Assembly: GCA_051294375.1 (NCBI GenBank)
Contig: CM119268.1
Location: 19,058,407 to 19,122,322 of the forward strand
DNA length: 63,916 bases
Direction of reading: 5' to 3'
Source of the DNA: Paraspadella gotoi
Lineage: Eukaryota > Animalia > Chaetognatha
Shown in pieces: positions 36,655-51,492 of this stretch. The notes below the pieces were generated by a model that saw only the letters and a program-made list of their open reading frames with translations, was not told where the DNA came from and did no database searches. The translations under genes were made by a program, and so were the position numbers. The stretch's first letter is position 1; each line of letters opens with the position of its first letter.

Positions 36655-39600
36655 GAGAGAGAGAGAGAGAGATTCAAAGTAAAAGGAAAGCAAGAGAAAA
36701 GAAGTGAAAGCGAGATTAAGGGCGACATTCGTTGACCCACGACGTTCGCTATATTTTTAGAAAAGAAAGACGACGACGACGACGACGATGACGACGATGA
36801 CGTAGTTTCCGGAATTCCTTTTTTCTTCTCTCCATCCTCGCTTCTTTCTTTTTTTTTTTTTTTTTTTGACCTTCAGGCACATTCTCATCCCATCCACTCC
36901 CAACTAATTACTCCCCTGTGACCAGAACACTTTTCATTCGCCCCCAACTGTCGCCTTCCGCTTTCTTTCGTCGTTTCTGGAATCGAAGGACAGTTTTTTT
37001 TCTTTCCCAGCCTTAGTTGTCCTTATTTTCTCAAAACGACCCATTTGATTTTAAATTTGGAATTTACTTTTTAAGTTTCAGCATGAGGTAATTGGTTAAA
37101 CATTAGGTTGGGGATTATGATTTGGATAAGAGTTAATGGGAAGAGTGTAAAGATAATGATTAAGATTTAGGGTCAGGGTTAATGTGAGGGTGACGGTTAG
37201 ATATTTATGGATTAAGAAACTTTCGTGATAATCCTTTCGTTTGTTATTTGAAATAGATTAGAGGAAAAAATAAATTTTTTCGAGATTTAACAACAACAAA
37301 AAAAAATTAATGTTGTTAAATCACGAAAAACTTTCGTTTTTCCTCTAAGGATTAAGAAACGAAATTGGGCGCTTATGTAAAAGAGAGCCCATAGTTATCA
37401 TTTGTCCATCCAAATTTCCCACTCTCTTCATTCCGTCTTTAAAACAGCCTCTGCTCCAAAGAATGAAAGGGTATCGCATCTCTCTGTTTCCGCCACCGAC
37501 TTTCCTATCGAGATCGGAGGTCAAGATGCAAATGAAGGAATCCGACTATCAGGTTGGGAGGAAAAAAAGAAGGAAAAAAGGAAAAGAAAGAAGGAAAGAA
37601 AAGAATTAAAAAGTGGAGGAAAAGAAAAGAGAAAATGGAAAATAAAGGAGAAAAGAAAAGAACGAGAAAAACCAAAGGTGACAGATGAGAGAATAAAAAA
37701 TAAAAAGAAGAAAGCTAAAACAAGAGAGAAAAAGTTGAGCCTTTGACCACTGCCTCCATAAAAGTCAACCCAAATCTATTCTCTTCGCCTTCTCATGCGA
37801 TTGTTTTGAGAGACAAAGTATTTTTTAACCAACCAAAGCAGAATAAGAGCACCTAGCTTCCCCCTACAATTTATTCCCTCGCTGACGCCTCAGAAATGAC
37901 CGATTGTAAGAGCCGCCCTTTAAATTTTCCGAATTCCTCCCGGGCCCCGCCAATCTCGATCGTCCCTTTGGAGTAAAAACTTTGTTTGAAAAACGTGTTA
38001 ACCTTAAGACCATAATTTTTTTTTCGCTCTCTGAAGTTACGTGACCCTTTTTTTCGGAAACACGAAGATTATACAGTATCGGTNNNNNNNNNNCCGATAC
38101 TGTATCTGTTTTACTTTCGATGCCAGGATTCGGCGCCAAATTCGTTGCAGGGGTCAACCTCCTTCTTCTGGCTTCATTGTTAGCGATGCACGTGTGCGAG
38201 AGAAAGTTTCATGGCGTTTGTGCGTATGCTTGTGTTAGGAGAATCTTTTTTGACCCTCAGTCAATCACCATGCGGCTCTATCGTCTATGGAATTTCTTTA
38301 AAATATTCAAACCTTTCTTTATTGGTAAAATTACCAAAATGAATAATTAAACAATCGTTTTGACTAAAACTGAAATGAATATAGTTTGGACATTGACTTT
38401 CTTCTGAAAAGAATAAGCTTTTGAAGTTAATACAGCAAAAAATTTATAATATTTCCGACAAGGTTACATTATTTATTTACCTGTATAATGAGTACTCATA
38501 ATTAGGTATTTTGAAATATACGTTAAAAATCCATAAAACTTGTATATAAATAGCAAGAGAAAGCATAAACTAGTTAATTTGTTTAGGAAGCATTAGATTA
38601 CAAATTTTTTGGCTTTGGTTAAAGGTAAATATGGTTATGTTAATACTGTTCAATTTTACAGACTCGGTACAATAAATCCGGACTAAAATTTGTTTTTCTG
38701 TTTTGTAATTTACGTCAGATATAAATTATTTATTCATGTTGACGTTCATAAAATTACACTGCGGTAACGATGGTACTTGGAATTGAATGCGGATTTAAAT
38801 CAATATATCTGTTTTCGTACAAACCTCATAAGGGAAGCTTCTCAAAGTAAATTTTTTTTATGCCTAAAAAAAGTAAATTCACAAATCAAGCGACAATCAA
38901 TTAACGCGAATTAAATTAATAAACACTTTTTGAAACGCTCTGGTCTGTTTTATATCTTGTAGAAAAAAAAGTTTTCAAAAAAGACGTGATTTCACATCAC
39001 TACGAAAAAAAATTATGAAAAAATTAATGCTGTACTTTCTGAGGGAACTTTTTGTTATGTGTCACACTTAACAACATACAATTAAAAATAGATCTTCAAT
39101 CATAAAAGATTAGTTAAACATAAAAATATAGTTAGAAAATAGATTAAAATTAAAAAATTTTGATGGTAATTACCAGCATTTTAGTGATAATATCACTAAA
39201 AGTATAACACTAATAAAAAGTCACACTATGAATATTCCTTAAACTTGATTAAAATATTTCAAAACTATTCACCTGGATGCTAAAATTAAACAGTTTTAAA
39301 ATTAAAATTCAGTCTGGATTTATGGTTCTGATCCTGTAATTAATAGAAGGCGATTTAATATTTGTACGTTTAAATGCGAAATACAGAATATGATTAATAA
39401 ACTCATAAAAGTGCACAGTGGAATCACCGACACTGGCTTTAACTAGCAAACAAATCATAAACAATATCTAAAGGACTTGGATATTTATTGCTTAATTGTG
39501 CGAATTTGTTGTTGTCAATTTTTTTGACTTGCAATAGTGCCTTTGACAGCATTCAAGACAATCCTTGCAGTTGACTATCTATTCAATTTTAAATTTTATT

Positions 39601-40000
39601 AAAGAGAAAGAGAGAGAGAGAGAGAGAGAGATAAAGAGAGAAGAAAAACATTTGATCGCCTTTTGTTTTTATAAATTTTATAAACGAAACTTATCATTTT
39701 TGTCAAGAAAAACATTTTTTTTCCACCATCACGATAGTTTATGCATGCAGGACGGAACCAGTATATCATGTTTACCGACGAAAATAGAGGAAATGTGAAT
39801 ACAGATTAAAAAAAACCTAAATAAATTAATAAAAACCCTCCATAGGATAAAAAAAAGCCCTCGACTTCTCTTTGAGAATGAGTGTCAGTTAAAAGATTAT
39901 ATAAAGAAATGGGATCACATGCTCACTCACGGGCTTCGACTGAACCGGAACTGTCCTTCTTTTCAAGGGTACTCTCTCTTTTCTCTTTAGAGGCTGGGAG

Positions 40001-40068
<68 letters not shown>

Positions 40069-40588
40069 GGCGGCAGCGTTGGAAGGCCGTTGATCAAGAA
40101 GGGGGAGCAATACAGAAATTGTTTCCGGTTTAGAAACTACAAAATTTATTTGTCCGATCGGCCGTCATTATTTAATCTTTTTTACTTAAAGAAAATAAAA
40201 TCTTTAAATAAAAGTATGTAGAGTTCGTAAACAAACCAGAAGGGGACATTTACAAGTAACGATGAACAGATTCGCTTAACTACAGGGCGTATCAAAATTT
40301 CAAAACTACTTCATGAGAACCCTTATTCTTGCGCAGTAACATTTAAATAATTTTAGGATGATATTTTACCCATAGTCGGCAGTGACGACAATAAGATATT
40401 TTTACGTTTTCTATTTTACTTATTAGTTAAAGCGAATGAGAACCCTTAACAATTGTCGATACACCATGTACTAATAATCGGGACAAGAAGGCCAAACAAG
40501 AAAAAACAAAAATCAGGTTTTGACATGAGGCAAGGAGGGAAAAAAAATCTAAACAAGGAAGGTAGTTAAAAAATAGAAAAACAAACTA

Positions 40589-40873
<285 letters not shown>

Positions 40874-41434
40874 TTATTTTTAAAATCTAATTGTAAATTA
40901 TAAATTGTACATATAATACATTGAATGATAACGTAAAAGTTTTTCCGTACTTATTGTTGTGAACTTTCATTTCATTTCGTTGAAAAAAACTATTAGCAGT
41001 TTCATATTGCCCCTAATATTAAGTCAACCCCTCTTGGACAATGATCAAACCAAATTTTTTTTTAAATACGTTTTTAACCTTAAATATAAATATTTTAAAG
41101 AACAAAAAAAAGTAACAAAACCATAAAAAACAAAAAACAAAATGAAATAAAAAAAATAACGGAAACAACGCCACCACGAAAGATCATGTAACCATCTAAC
41201 AACTAATAATCTAATAATCAATTATTTTTTTTATTACTTATAAGTCCCATGAGCATATCTCTAATCCCGGCCCCCCAATTTTAGTCAAGTGGGTCCCAAT
41301 GTCCCACGTTGTTATTATTATTATCACATTTTTGCTACGTTACACCTTTTAAACTAGAGCTATTAACTATTGTTGATAATTCCTTTTATAAACGACTCAA
41401 ATAAATTATCCAGCCCCCCTATTCTCGCCCAAAC

Positions 41435-41562
41435 CTGTCGATGCATGACGGAGGCGACTCTCTCGCGCTGGCAGATCCAGGGATGCTTCAAGGCATCACC
41501 GGCGGTGATTCGCTTTTTCGGGTCGAGACAGAGCATCGAGTCTATCAGCGCCTTGACACTAT
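41435..41562 (-). CDS. CaMKII: CaMKII exon 6
   Basis: (D)[42 protein letters not shown]. Splice phases consistent. Confidence 0.96.
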
Positions 41563-44500
41563 CTGTCATCGTCCAATTCGTTTCGTTTTTTGGTTTTATT
41601 ATTGTTTTTTGTTTTGGTTTTTTTTTTTAGTTCGGAGGTTGAAACGATGAGGGCGAGGAACGGTCCGTAGTTTCAACGTTGTTTGGTGGGAGGGAGGGAG
41701 AGAGATAGAGACAGAGAGAAAAAGAGAAAGAAAAAAAAAAAGAATGAAAGAAAGAGAGAAAGATATAAAGAGAGAAAGAGAGAGAGAGAGGATTGGGAAA
41801 TTTTTTGGAAACAATGGAAAAAAAACAAAGGGAGAGGGGAAGAAAAAAGAAAAAAAAATTAAGAAAAATAATTTGTATTCCTACGTATGACCCGCTGACT
41901 GAGTATTTGGTGCTAAACCCGATTTATATACATAATTATCAATATCTTCCCTTTAAACAAAGCAGGCTACTTTTCCAAATCTTGGTAATTCCGAGACAAT
42001 AACAGTATTAAATACATAAAAAGTATTAAATTTGTTTCATTAAAACCCGCCCCTTTTTCGTTGGCTTTCTTGGTCAGACTTTTCGAAAATGTTTTTCACG
42101 TGAACGGTTTTCTTTCTTTTTATTCACCAGGAATAAGGTTTTTATAATTCAAAGTTCCTTTACAAACGAAAAATAATTGGATGAAATCACAAAATCTTCA
42201 CCATGTGTGAAATATTCACGATAGCAAATCACAAAGACTCCAGTTTTTTCAAAAAGATAATCACAATAACAAATCACGACAATTTTTTCCCTCTTTTTCC
42301 TTATCTTCCCTTAAGACGAAATTCATGCAAATTCTAATTATAAATTGAAATCTATTTTCCACACATTCTGCCCACCCTTTTTAAAAGACCTAAAAAACGA
42401 TCAAGCTATGAGTTATTCAACCGGCCGCTCGGTCGATAAGGGCTAATGCTCAATTTTACGAATACAGACTGAATATTACTTAAATAATTTTTTTACGACT
42501 AACATTACTTTGAGCCCTGATTTACCTGACAGTGAACCAGTGAGATAATACATTTTATTTATTAACATAATTATTTTTTTTAATCTAATAGTCAAAATTA
42601 TAAACAACTCTTTTTTCATTATTAGGATTATATAATTTCTTCATAAAGGTGTTCAAATATTTGATTATTCCACTCTTATTTTAATTTTATTCTTTTATAA
42701 TGCTATAATTTTGGCTACGGCAGAATGTAACTTGAAACCATAGCTAGATCGTTTTTTGATGTTACAGAAGAGCAGCGACGATCAGTTATCCAAATTGTCG
42801 ACACTTTGTTTCCTAAGACTAATTTAAACGTTTCCATCCGTTGGGGACGAAATATGGGCTTGATTTTTATTATAAAACACCGTTTGTGAAAATAATATAA
42901 ACTGCTCCACGATATTTATATTATGAAACATCGAAAATAAAAAAATGACTTTCAGGAATGGAATTAGCTTTATAACTTATAAAAAAAAGCGCCACGCCAC
43001 GACTTGTCTATATGACGATGAAATAACGACACAAGTGGGGTTCTGATAAAACTTTCTTTTTATAGATATTGAATACCCCTTGAAGTAATGTTAATCTATT
43101 CGTTCATTAAGCCGAATACTTGTTTGCTCTTGTTTACCAGATAAAACAAAGTCTATTATGAAAGTTTAAAAAATATATATATAAATATAATAGATACCGT
43201 ATATATATGCGAGGTTGCAAGAAAAGCTTCTATTCTTAATATTCATGAGGATAGGATTAAACGAAATAATATCAATATTGTAAACGAAAAAAAATCTAAA
43301 TGAAATCTAATCTCTTTATATTCTGCGCTTACTACTTTTCTTATCTCTTTCAAGATAAGTTAAGTCGTCAAAATTTTTTATGGTGATTTGAGTGAAAAAA
43401 ATATTCGACGACTTAACTAGTGATTTATCTACATATTCTATGTATTATTGTACGACACACTGGTCAAAAATCCATTGTACGTCTTTGCATACTACGTCTA
43501 AAAAGCAATATATCTGTTAGTATTACGTATCTTTTTTTGTTTTTAAAAGACTCCTTTAGATTTAAAAAAAAAATTAAATATCTTTTATAACTACCAAGTT
43601 CGTGAGAAGATGACGTAAATTCTTTTTAAAGAATCGCAGCTAGGAAAGATATTTCTTTTTTTATTTTTTTATTTATTTATTTTGTTAAAAAAATTGTAAA
43701 ATAGGTATTGGTTATTTCTGCCCTTTTCAGCTACAAACAGGCTTGTCTTCCCAATCTCTGTGGCAAACATTAAAGTGACTATATTTACACATATATGTGC
43801 TTGAATGCTTCTTGATGAATCATTTCTTCTAATTATGAAAATATATCTAGATATAACTTTCATTTAATTTTTTTTTAGTCTTTGTATTTGAGTTTCCCTC
43901 AAAAACTTGGTTTTTATAAAAGAATCATAAAGAATAAAGTCCTAAACCATGCTCATCAATAAATACTTAACAACTGCTTTAATAATAAAGCGATATAGAA
44001 TTCGTCACTTCTCCGCTAGATACGCAAAGACAAATAAAAAAAAAATTATATCCGTCTAATAATTCCAGAAGGATGTTCAAGAAATCTATGCAAGTTGAGT
44101 GAAAAAAATCATTTCAAACAGTTAGTGTCCTTTTTATTTTAAAATACGAATTTTATTATTTGTTAGTCAAAGGTAAAAAAATAATTTAGTGAAAGCTTAT
44201 GAGAAAGCAAACAAAGCACTCTGTTAAGTCGTCATTGAAATATAATAGAGAAAGAAGTTTATCGTTTTTTAATACCCTTAAATTTATGACCATTTTTGGA
44301 AGTTTAAAGATGGCACAAGGATAACCAGAAATAAGGATTGTTTTTTTTTTTCATACCTGCATAGTCCTGACTCCCTTTGGATCCTTTGGTCAAACAAAAG
44401 TAATGGTTTTGTGAAAAAGTATGAAAGTGCAGTTGCATCAGCTGCTTTATAAGATAACGTATTTTAGACCTAAGTTAGATTCCTTTTAATCTGTATCTCA

Positions 44501-44935
44501 TGTGATATTTAAATAGGAAATCATCATTTTCCTAATTAAAATCTAACTTTTTTTTTAATATACCTGTCCTAATTAGAGTCCAAAAGCTAGGAGTTTAAAA
44601 CAGAAAAGAAAGTGTTACGGTACATTGAGCATCTGTTTAAATGAAAGAAAAAGAATCATACAATAATGTGCCGGCAAATGTGTGGGAAATTCCGTTAGTT
44701 TTTTCTCATGTTCCAATAAAAAAAAATAAAAAAAAGTATTAGATATCTACACAGGATTAAATTAAAAAGTCAGGCGTTATGTGCTCGTATTAACAAAAAA
44801 AATGATAATAACTCCCTTCGGAGATACGCACGAGTGGCGGGCCAAAACTCATTAAGCCATCGATCGGCCCTGCGTGTTTTCGAACAGTTAAAGAGCCATG
44901 CGCGAGAAAACCCCTTTCTATCACCGAAAACTAAC

Positions 44936-45034
44936 CTGTCACTGTATCCCATTCGGGAGATGGGTAGTCGTAAGATCCGCTTTTGATCTGAGCGTATAGT
45001 CTGTGTTGATCTTCGTCCCAGAATGGGGGGTAAC
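44936..45034 (-). CDS. CaMKII: CaMKII exon 5 (not in ORF track)
   Basis: (G)[32 protein letters not shown]. ttaag| acceptor, G|GTTAGT donor. Confidence 0.96.
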
Positions 45035-45222
45035 CTTAAAGGATATGAAAAAAAGTAATAATCGAATATGAGAATTTTTACCCCCCAAAAAATACTAGTT
45101 TATATCCTTCGAAAAATTTCTTTTTTCGTTATTTTGATTCTTATGAATTCATGTCATATTAGAAATAAACCAAAAATACAATTTGTCCTTCTGCTCCCCG
45201 CTCCTTTTCAGCCTTCGCTTAC

Positions 45223-45409
45223 CGACTAAGAGAATGTAGAGTATAACACCGCAAGCCCAGATGTCAACGGGCTTTCCGTAGGGCTCCTTCTTAAGGACCT
45301 CGGGCGCCAGGTATCCCGGCGTTCCGGCGAAACCGAACCACGCCATTTGGTCGCCCGTCACTTCGATTGCAAGTCCAAAATCCGCCAACTTCACAGCTGC
45401 CCCCTTGGC
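45223..45409 (-). CDS. CaMKII: CaMKII exon 4
   Basis: [17 protein letters not shown]...[37 protein letters not shown]. Confidence 0.97.
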
Positions 45410-45991
45410 CTGGAAAAAAATGGGGAACGGGGTGTGCACTGTGCAGAGTTGAACGTTAATTTCTTTTTAATTCGTCTCCCGTTTCTCTGTGTAAAAAACT
45501 GTAATCCTTACCTCGCCTTTTCAATGACCTTCTAGATTTCAGTATTCTCCTTTTATCGACGTCGTTCTCTTTCTATCTTTACTCGCCATTCTTATATTTC
45601 TACATCAAAATAAGTGTACATATAAAAAGGTAAACTCTGGCTGTCGTAATTCACGTAAGTTACGGTGAAATATGACAAAATTAGGGTTATTGAAATTTCG
45701 ATTACTGACAATACTTACAATACTGCCAAAAAATATTTGTCAAGTTATAGAAAAAAAAAAACCAGAATGGATAAAGGTCATGAATAATACACATTTAGTT
45801 TCAGAAATTTCCTCGGCCTTATTTTCCCAGAACGACCCCATTTCATCTTAAATTTAGAATTAATATTAATTTTTAGGTTTAGGTTTTTGAGGTTAAGGTT
45901 ATAAATTTGATTAGGAATAGAATAAATTGAGTAATTAGGGTTAGGGAATAGGAAATGGTCAAGCCTCTAACTCCCACCCCCTACTCCAAAC

Positions 45992-46186
45992 CTTGCTGGC
46001 TAGCAATAGATTCTCCGGCTTGAGATCCCGGTGCACCACGTTATTAGCATGACAGTGAGCGACAGACTCGAGGATCTGTTGGATGCAGTGGGAGGCGTCG
46101 GCCTCGGAGTAGAACTCCCGGGCGACGATGTCCTCGAAGAGTTCTCCGCCCGTGACCAGGTCGAACACGAGGTAGTGGTAGCCCTC
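45992..46186 (-). CDS. CaMKII: CaMKII exon 3
   Basis: [65 protein letters not shown]. Confidence 0.97.
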
Positions 46187-46704
46187 CTGAGGAAAGGGTC
46201 GAGGGTGGGGGTTCGTGTATGTGAAGGTCATGGGTAAAGTCCGTAGTAGAAACTATTTCTATATTTGAATAGTGTCATTTTTTAAAGAATATAGTATTTT
46301 AGTAACGGCAACAGCCTTGAAAGGAGATAGATAAAGAAAGTGAGAAAAAGAAAGAAATAAAGAGAGAAAGAGAAAAAAAAAGAGAAAGAGAAATAAAAGA
46401 GAGAAAGAGAAAAAAAGGGAGGAAAAAATATAGGGAAAGAGAGAAAGAAAGAGCGAAAGAAAGAGAGAATGAAAGAGAAAGAAAGAGAGAAAAAAGTAAG
46501 AAAGAAAGAAAGAAAGAAAGAAAGAAAAAGTAAGAAAGAAAGAAAGAAAAAAAGAAAGAAAGAAATAAAGAAAGAGAGAAATAGTGAAAAAAAGAGAGAA
46601 AAAAATATAGGGAAAGAGAGAAAGAAAGAGAGAAAGAAATAGAGAATGAAAGAGAAAGAAAGAGAGAAAGAAAGAAAGAGAGAAAGAAAGAGAGAAAGAA
46701 AGAG

Positions 46705-46739
<35 letters not shown>

Positions 46740-47241
46740 GAGAAAGAAATAAAGAAAGAGAGAAAGAAATAAAGAAAGACAGAAAGCAATAAAGAAAGAA
46801 AGAGAGAAAGAAAGAGAGATAGAGAGAAAGAAAGAGAGAAAGAAGAGAAAGAGAGAGAGAGAGAGCGGTTTTTAACTTTGGCAAACAAAAAGTCAATCAT
46901 TCTTCATGAATCTTCTCTGTATTCGACTTTCGCCTTTCATCGGCTTCTGAATCGTTCCTTGAATTTTCGGTATAAAACAATAAATTTCTTTTAGAATCAC
47001 GAAAACAAAATAGCGATCGATGGTCACTAGGGCGAAGCTGATAGTTGTATATAATATGAATTGAAATATATATTCTTTAAAACTTATCTTTTAAATAAAA
47101 TATACATTTTGAAAATTGCCTTCGATCGTCACTTTTGATTCGGTCTGGACTAATTCCAAGCTATCACTTCTTAGGCCCGATAACTTTTTTAATATTTCAC
47201 AGTAGCTAAAAGCTGAGTTAAACTTTTTATTTTTTCTTCTA

Positions 47242-47778
<537 letters not shown>

Positions 47779-47901
47779 TTAACTTGATCGACTTTACTTC
47801 TCTTGCCTCCACAATCACTTGACTAACCATAACCATCATCCAAAAATGCCTTTCGTTTGAAGTTGAACTCACCCGACCCGAACTTTCTCCCTACAACTCA
47901 C

Positions 47902-47959
47902 CCAGTTCTTCCTTGAGCTCGTACTCCTCGGAAAATCGTGTGGACGTAGGTTGTGCCAT
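47902..47959 (-). CDS. CaMKII: CaMKII exon 1 (start): MAQPTSTRFSEEYELKEEL(G)
   Basis: ATG at 47959. Matches the CaMKII TRFTDEYQLFEELG motif. G|GTGAGT donor. Confidence 0.95.
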
Positions 47960-48006
47960 TTCGTTCGGTCGAAGGGAGAATAGAGAGAGAAGGAGTTATA
48001 CCAAAA

Positions 48007-48144
<138 letters not shown>

Positions 48145-48293
48145 GAACAGGGATGGAGAGCGCGAGCGTGAGGCAACGTAAAAACGCGGAATAAAAAAGC
48201 TTAGATGCAAAAAAAATCGGCGCAAACAAATGGGGGACCCGTTAGTAGAGAGAAACGTGGATAGAGCCGGGGGGAAGCATAAAAAAAGCGGGA

Positions 48294-48324
<31 letters not shown>

Positions 48325-51300
48325 CGCGGTGAACGTCGATATGGATACGAATGAAGATGGCGACCGCGGCGGCGTGAGAAGACAACAATAACGACGAAGA
48401 GAAGAAGAAAAACCGGGAGATTTGACGAAGGAATAAAAAAAATCAGTTATATCGGCGCGAGTTTATTTAACTAACAGTTTGTTTGTTGAAGCGAATAGTT
48501 TAATTGGTTTGTTTATCGTGGAGACTATTATTTAATACACGTACCAAAAAAAAAAAAGAAATAGTGTCGATTATTGAATTTATTTTTGTTTCGTTTTTTT
48601 TTTCTTTTTCGCTCAGGAAAAAAAAGAAAAACAAAGATTGGCTATTTGTTTTCTTTTATCGTTTGCGCATCACTTGGTTGTTGATGTTTGTTATTGTATT
48701 TTTTTGTTTCGTTTCGTTGATGCCTAATTGCAAAACCAGGAGGGAAGCAATCGCGAAAATTCGTTGGATGGCAGATTTTGGATTTCTCGGTTTTTGTTTA
48801 CGGTGTTTCTTTACAAAATAATCGGAGTTAGTTAGTTTTTTGTTTTTGACAACAATGGCACACGGTTGTTTTCCGTTTTGTGTTTTAGAAATGGTTTCGT
48901 TTTCTTCTAATTTTGCGGGGAAAATCAAATTCTGTAAATTTTCGAAAGGACCGTCAGAAAATACAAATATTATATAGTATGTATATTTTTGTAATCAGAA
49001 AACTAAAACTTGCTTAATCTTAGCTTTTATCTAAGGGTGACTGGCGTGGGGGAGCGAGGGGCGCGGCAGGTATGCCAATAAAAAATCAAATTTCTAAATC
49101 GCGATCAGGTCAACTAAACAAAACAAACAAAACGACGGACCCTTCGAAAACAAAACAAGTAAAACAAAAAAAAAATTTCTCTGACGAAAATCGGGCGTAA
49201 ATCCGCCGATTGGGGGCAGTAGTGTCGCAGATTAATAATAATATTAAAGAGACGGCGTTTGTCTTTTGTTAAATACGTTGTAGTTTAAAATGCGGCCAAA
49301 GAACAACGTGGCGCCTCTTGTCCTCACTTTTTTTATTGATTGCGACGTGCGCGGATCTTGCTACGCTGAGCCCCGGTCTCGCGCTCCGTGGGCGTAGACC
49401 AGATTTAGGCTCGGTCCGGGGTTCTGCCAAAGGAGGAAAAGCTAATTAAGTTGATGCGGTCAAAATTCAGCAAGGTAAAGAGTTTTTGGTCGTTAAAGTA
49501 CTCAGCAAAATTTAACGTCAGCTAAAAATAGTTAACAATTTGTAAGATTTTCTTTACTATTTTATAATTTCATGTTGCTATGTTTTGAATATTACATGTT
49601 ACATTTGTGATCATTTTTCGAAATTCAATTTTCGAAGATTAATAAATAACGAGTCGACACGTAAGATGATACGGTATGTCCAAATGTAAGGGCCAAGATA
49701 GCTTAACTAATAATTGATAAATAATTTTTTAGCTAAGAGTGATTTTCAAATCCACGGGAATCAAAAACATTAAATCATTTCAATAGCGACATTTTTAATT
49801 TCAAAAAAATAAATCAAAACGAAAAAAAATATATATAAAAAATACGACAAGCGCTAAATCAGCCGAAAAAAAAATACCGGTTTCCTGATTATTATCGAAA
49901 GAAACTCGTACTACATCGACGAAAGGCCGAATAAAAACGTCGCTAAAAATAAATTTCTTTGGGAAGAAAGAGAAGAAGGCAAAGAAGGAGAGGGAGCAAG
50001 AGAAACTGAAAGAAGAAGAAATAGAAGAAGACGTAAAATTAAAAAGAAATTCGCGACGGCTTTCACTCCCGGTTATTTGATTCGACGTAACCAGATTTTA
50101 AAGTGCTCCGATGCGTTGACCTCAAAAACGCCCCTATTTCCCAGTCAGTCAGTCAGTCAGTCTCTCGTCTCCTCTCTCTCTTCTCTTCTTCTCTGTCTCT
50201 CTCTCATCTCTCTCTTCTCTCTCTTCTCTCTCTCTCTCTCTCTCTCAGAGGAACAAGGAAATGTTCCTGTCAATCGGGTTTCAGAAAATGAGGATTAATT
50301 GACTTCGAGAGAAAATTTACTAAATAAGTTATAATTTCGGTTTTTTTATGTTTTAGTTAATTTTTTTTTTATGCAAAAAACGCGGATTGAATATAAATAT
50401 ATTTATGCGTTGTTATCCTTTGCTGAGGTCACAAAGATCGAGAGGGCGAATTGAGTGAGTCGGAAAAAAAAATTTTAAAAATTAAGAGAGAAAGAGAGTG
50501 TGAGAGAGTGTGTGTGTGTGCCTGTTTAATTATTCTGTTTCTAGTCTACAATCTCCCTTTCTTTCTTTCTGCAACACACTTGGCCCAATCAACTAAAAAA
50601 CAAACAGACCGACTTGAAGAATTTAAAGGCTGTTTTCGTTTTCCGCGACACCGTTCGTCTCCCAAAGACAAGTGATCCACGATCCAGCCCTGTCAAAAAC
50701 TATAAAAAAAATGCGATGCTTTAACTTTGTTAATTATATGCTTTTCCAGATGATAATATTATTTAAACAATATAAAATATATATTAAATGGGTGATTATT
50801 AACTAAAACAGCCAACACGACTGCATTGACTTACTGATCACAAAACTATTTTTTTCCAGGTAATATAACTAAAAAAGTAAAAGCCATATATGAAATAGGT
50901 ACAACCAATATAAAATTTATCCATTCATTTAATAAATAAGCTACCTTCTCCCTGACTTTGGACAGGCTTTGGTGGTTTAAGGCCTCCATATATAACTACT
51001 GTTTAGGAATACAATAACTTTTAAACAAACTATTATTTATATTGATTAAGTATTTCATGAGTTATAACCCTTTTCCTATAATTATATTTTCTCATAATCA
51101 TGTAACTGCACAAGCATGAAACGTATGTACGTTAATATAAGCATAAAAAACCATATGAAACCTTTCTACCAAGTATCATTCAAAAATTATGCAGTTTTAA
51201 CCGACTAGTAAATATTTAAAGAATAAATTAAACAGAACAATGGAGCAACCAAGCGACTGACCGACCAACAAGATACTTATAGAGTATAGAGTATTCGCGG

Positions 51301-51401
51301 CGCGACTAAAAACCAGCAAATCAGCTACGAGGATTTTTTCTCTCAGGTGAAGACAGTGGGAAATATCTAGCGAAGAAGGCCCAGCCATATCGTCTGCTCG
51401 T

Positions 51402-51444
<43 letters not shown>

Positions 51445-51451
51445 CTTCTCT

Positions 51452-51492
<41 letters not shown>

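Noticed and set aside
38071-38105. Inverted repeat flanking a 10-N gap
   Set aside because: Likely a hairpin-induced assembly gap; the content cannot be read.
46259-46900. Long F/L/S-rich or ERER ORFs here and throughout the window
   Set aside because: Translations of (GA)n and (GAAA)n microsatellites.
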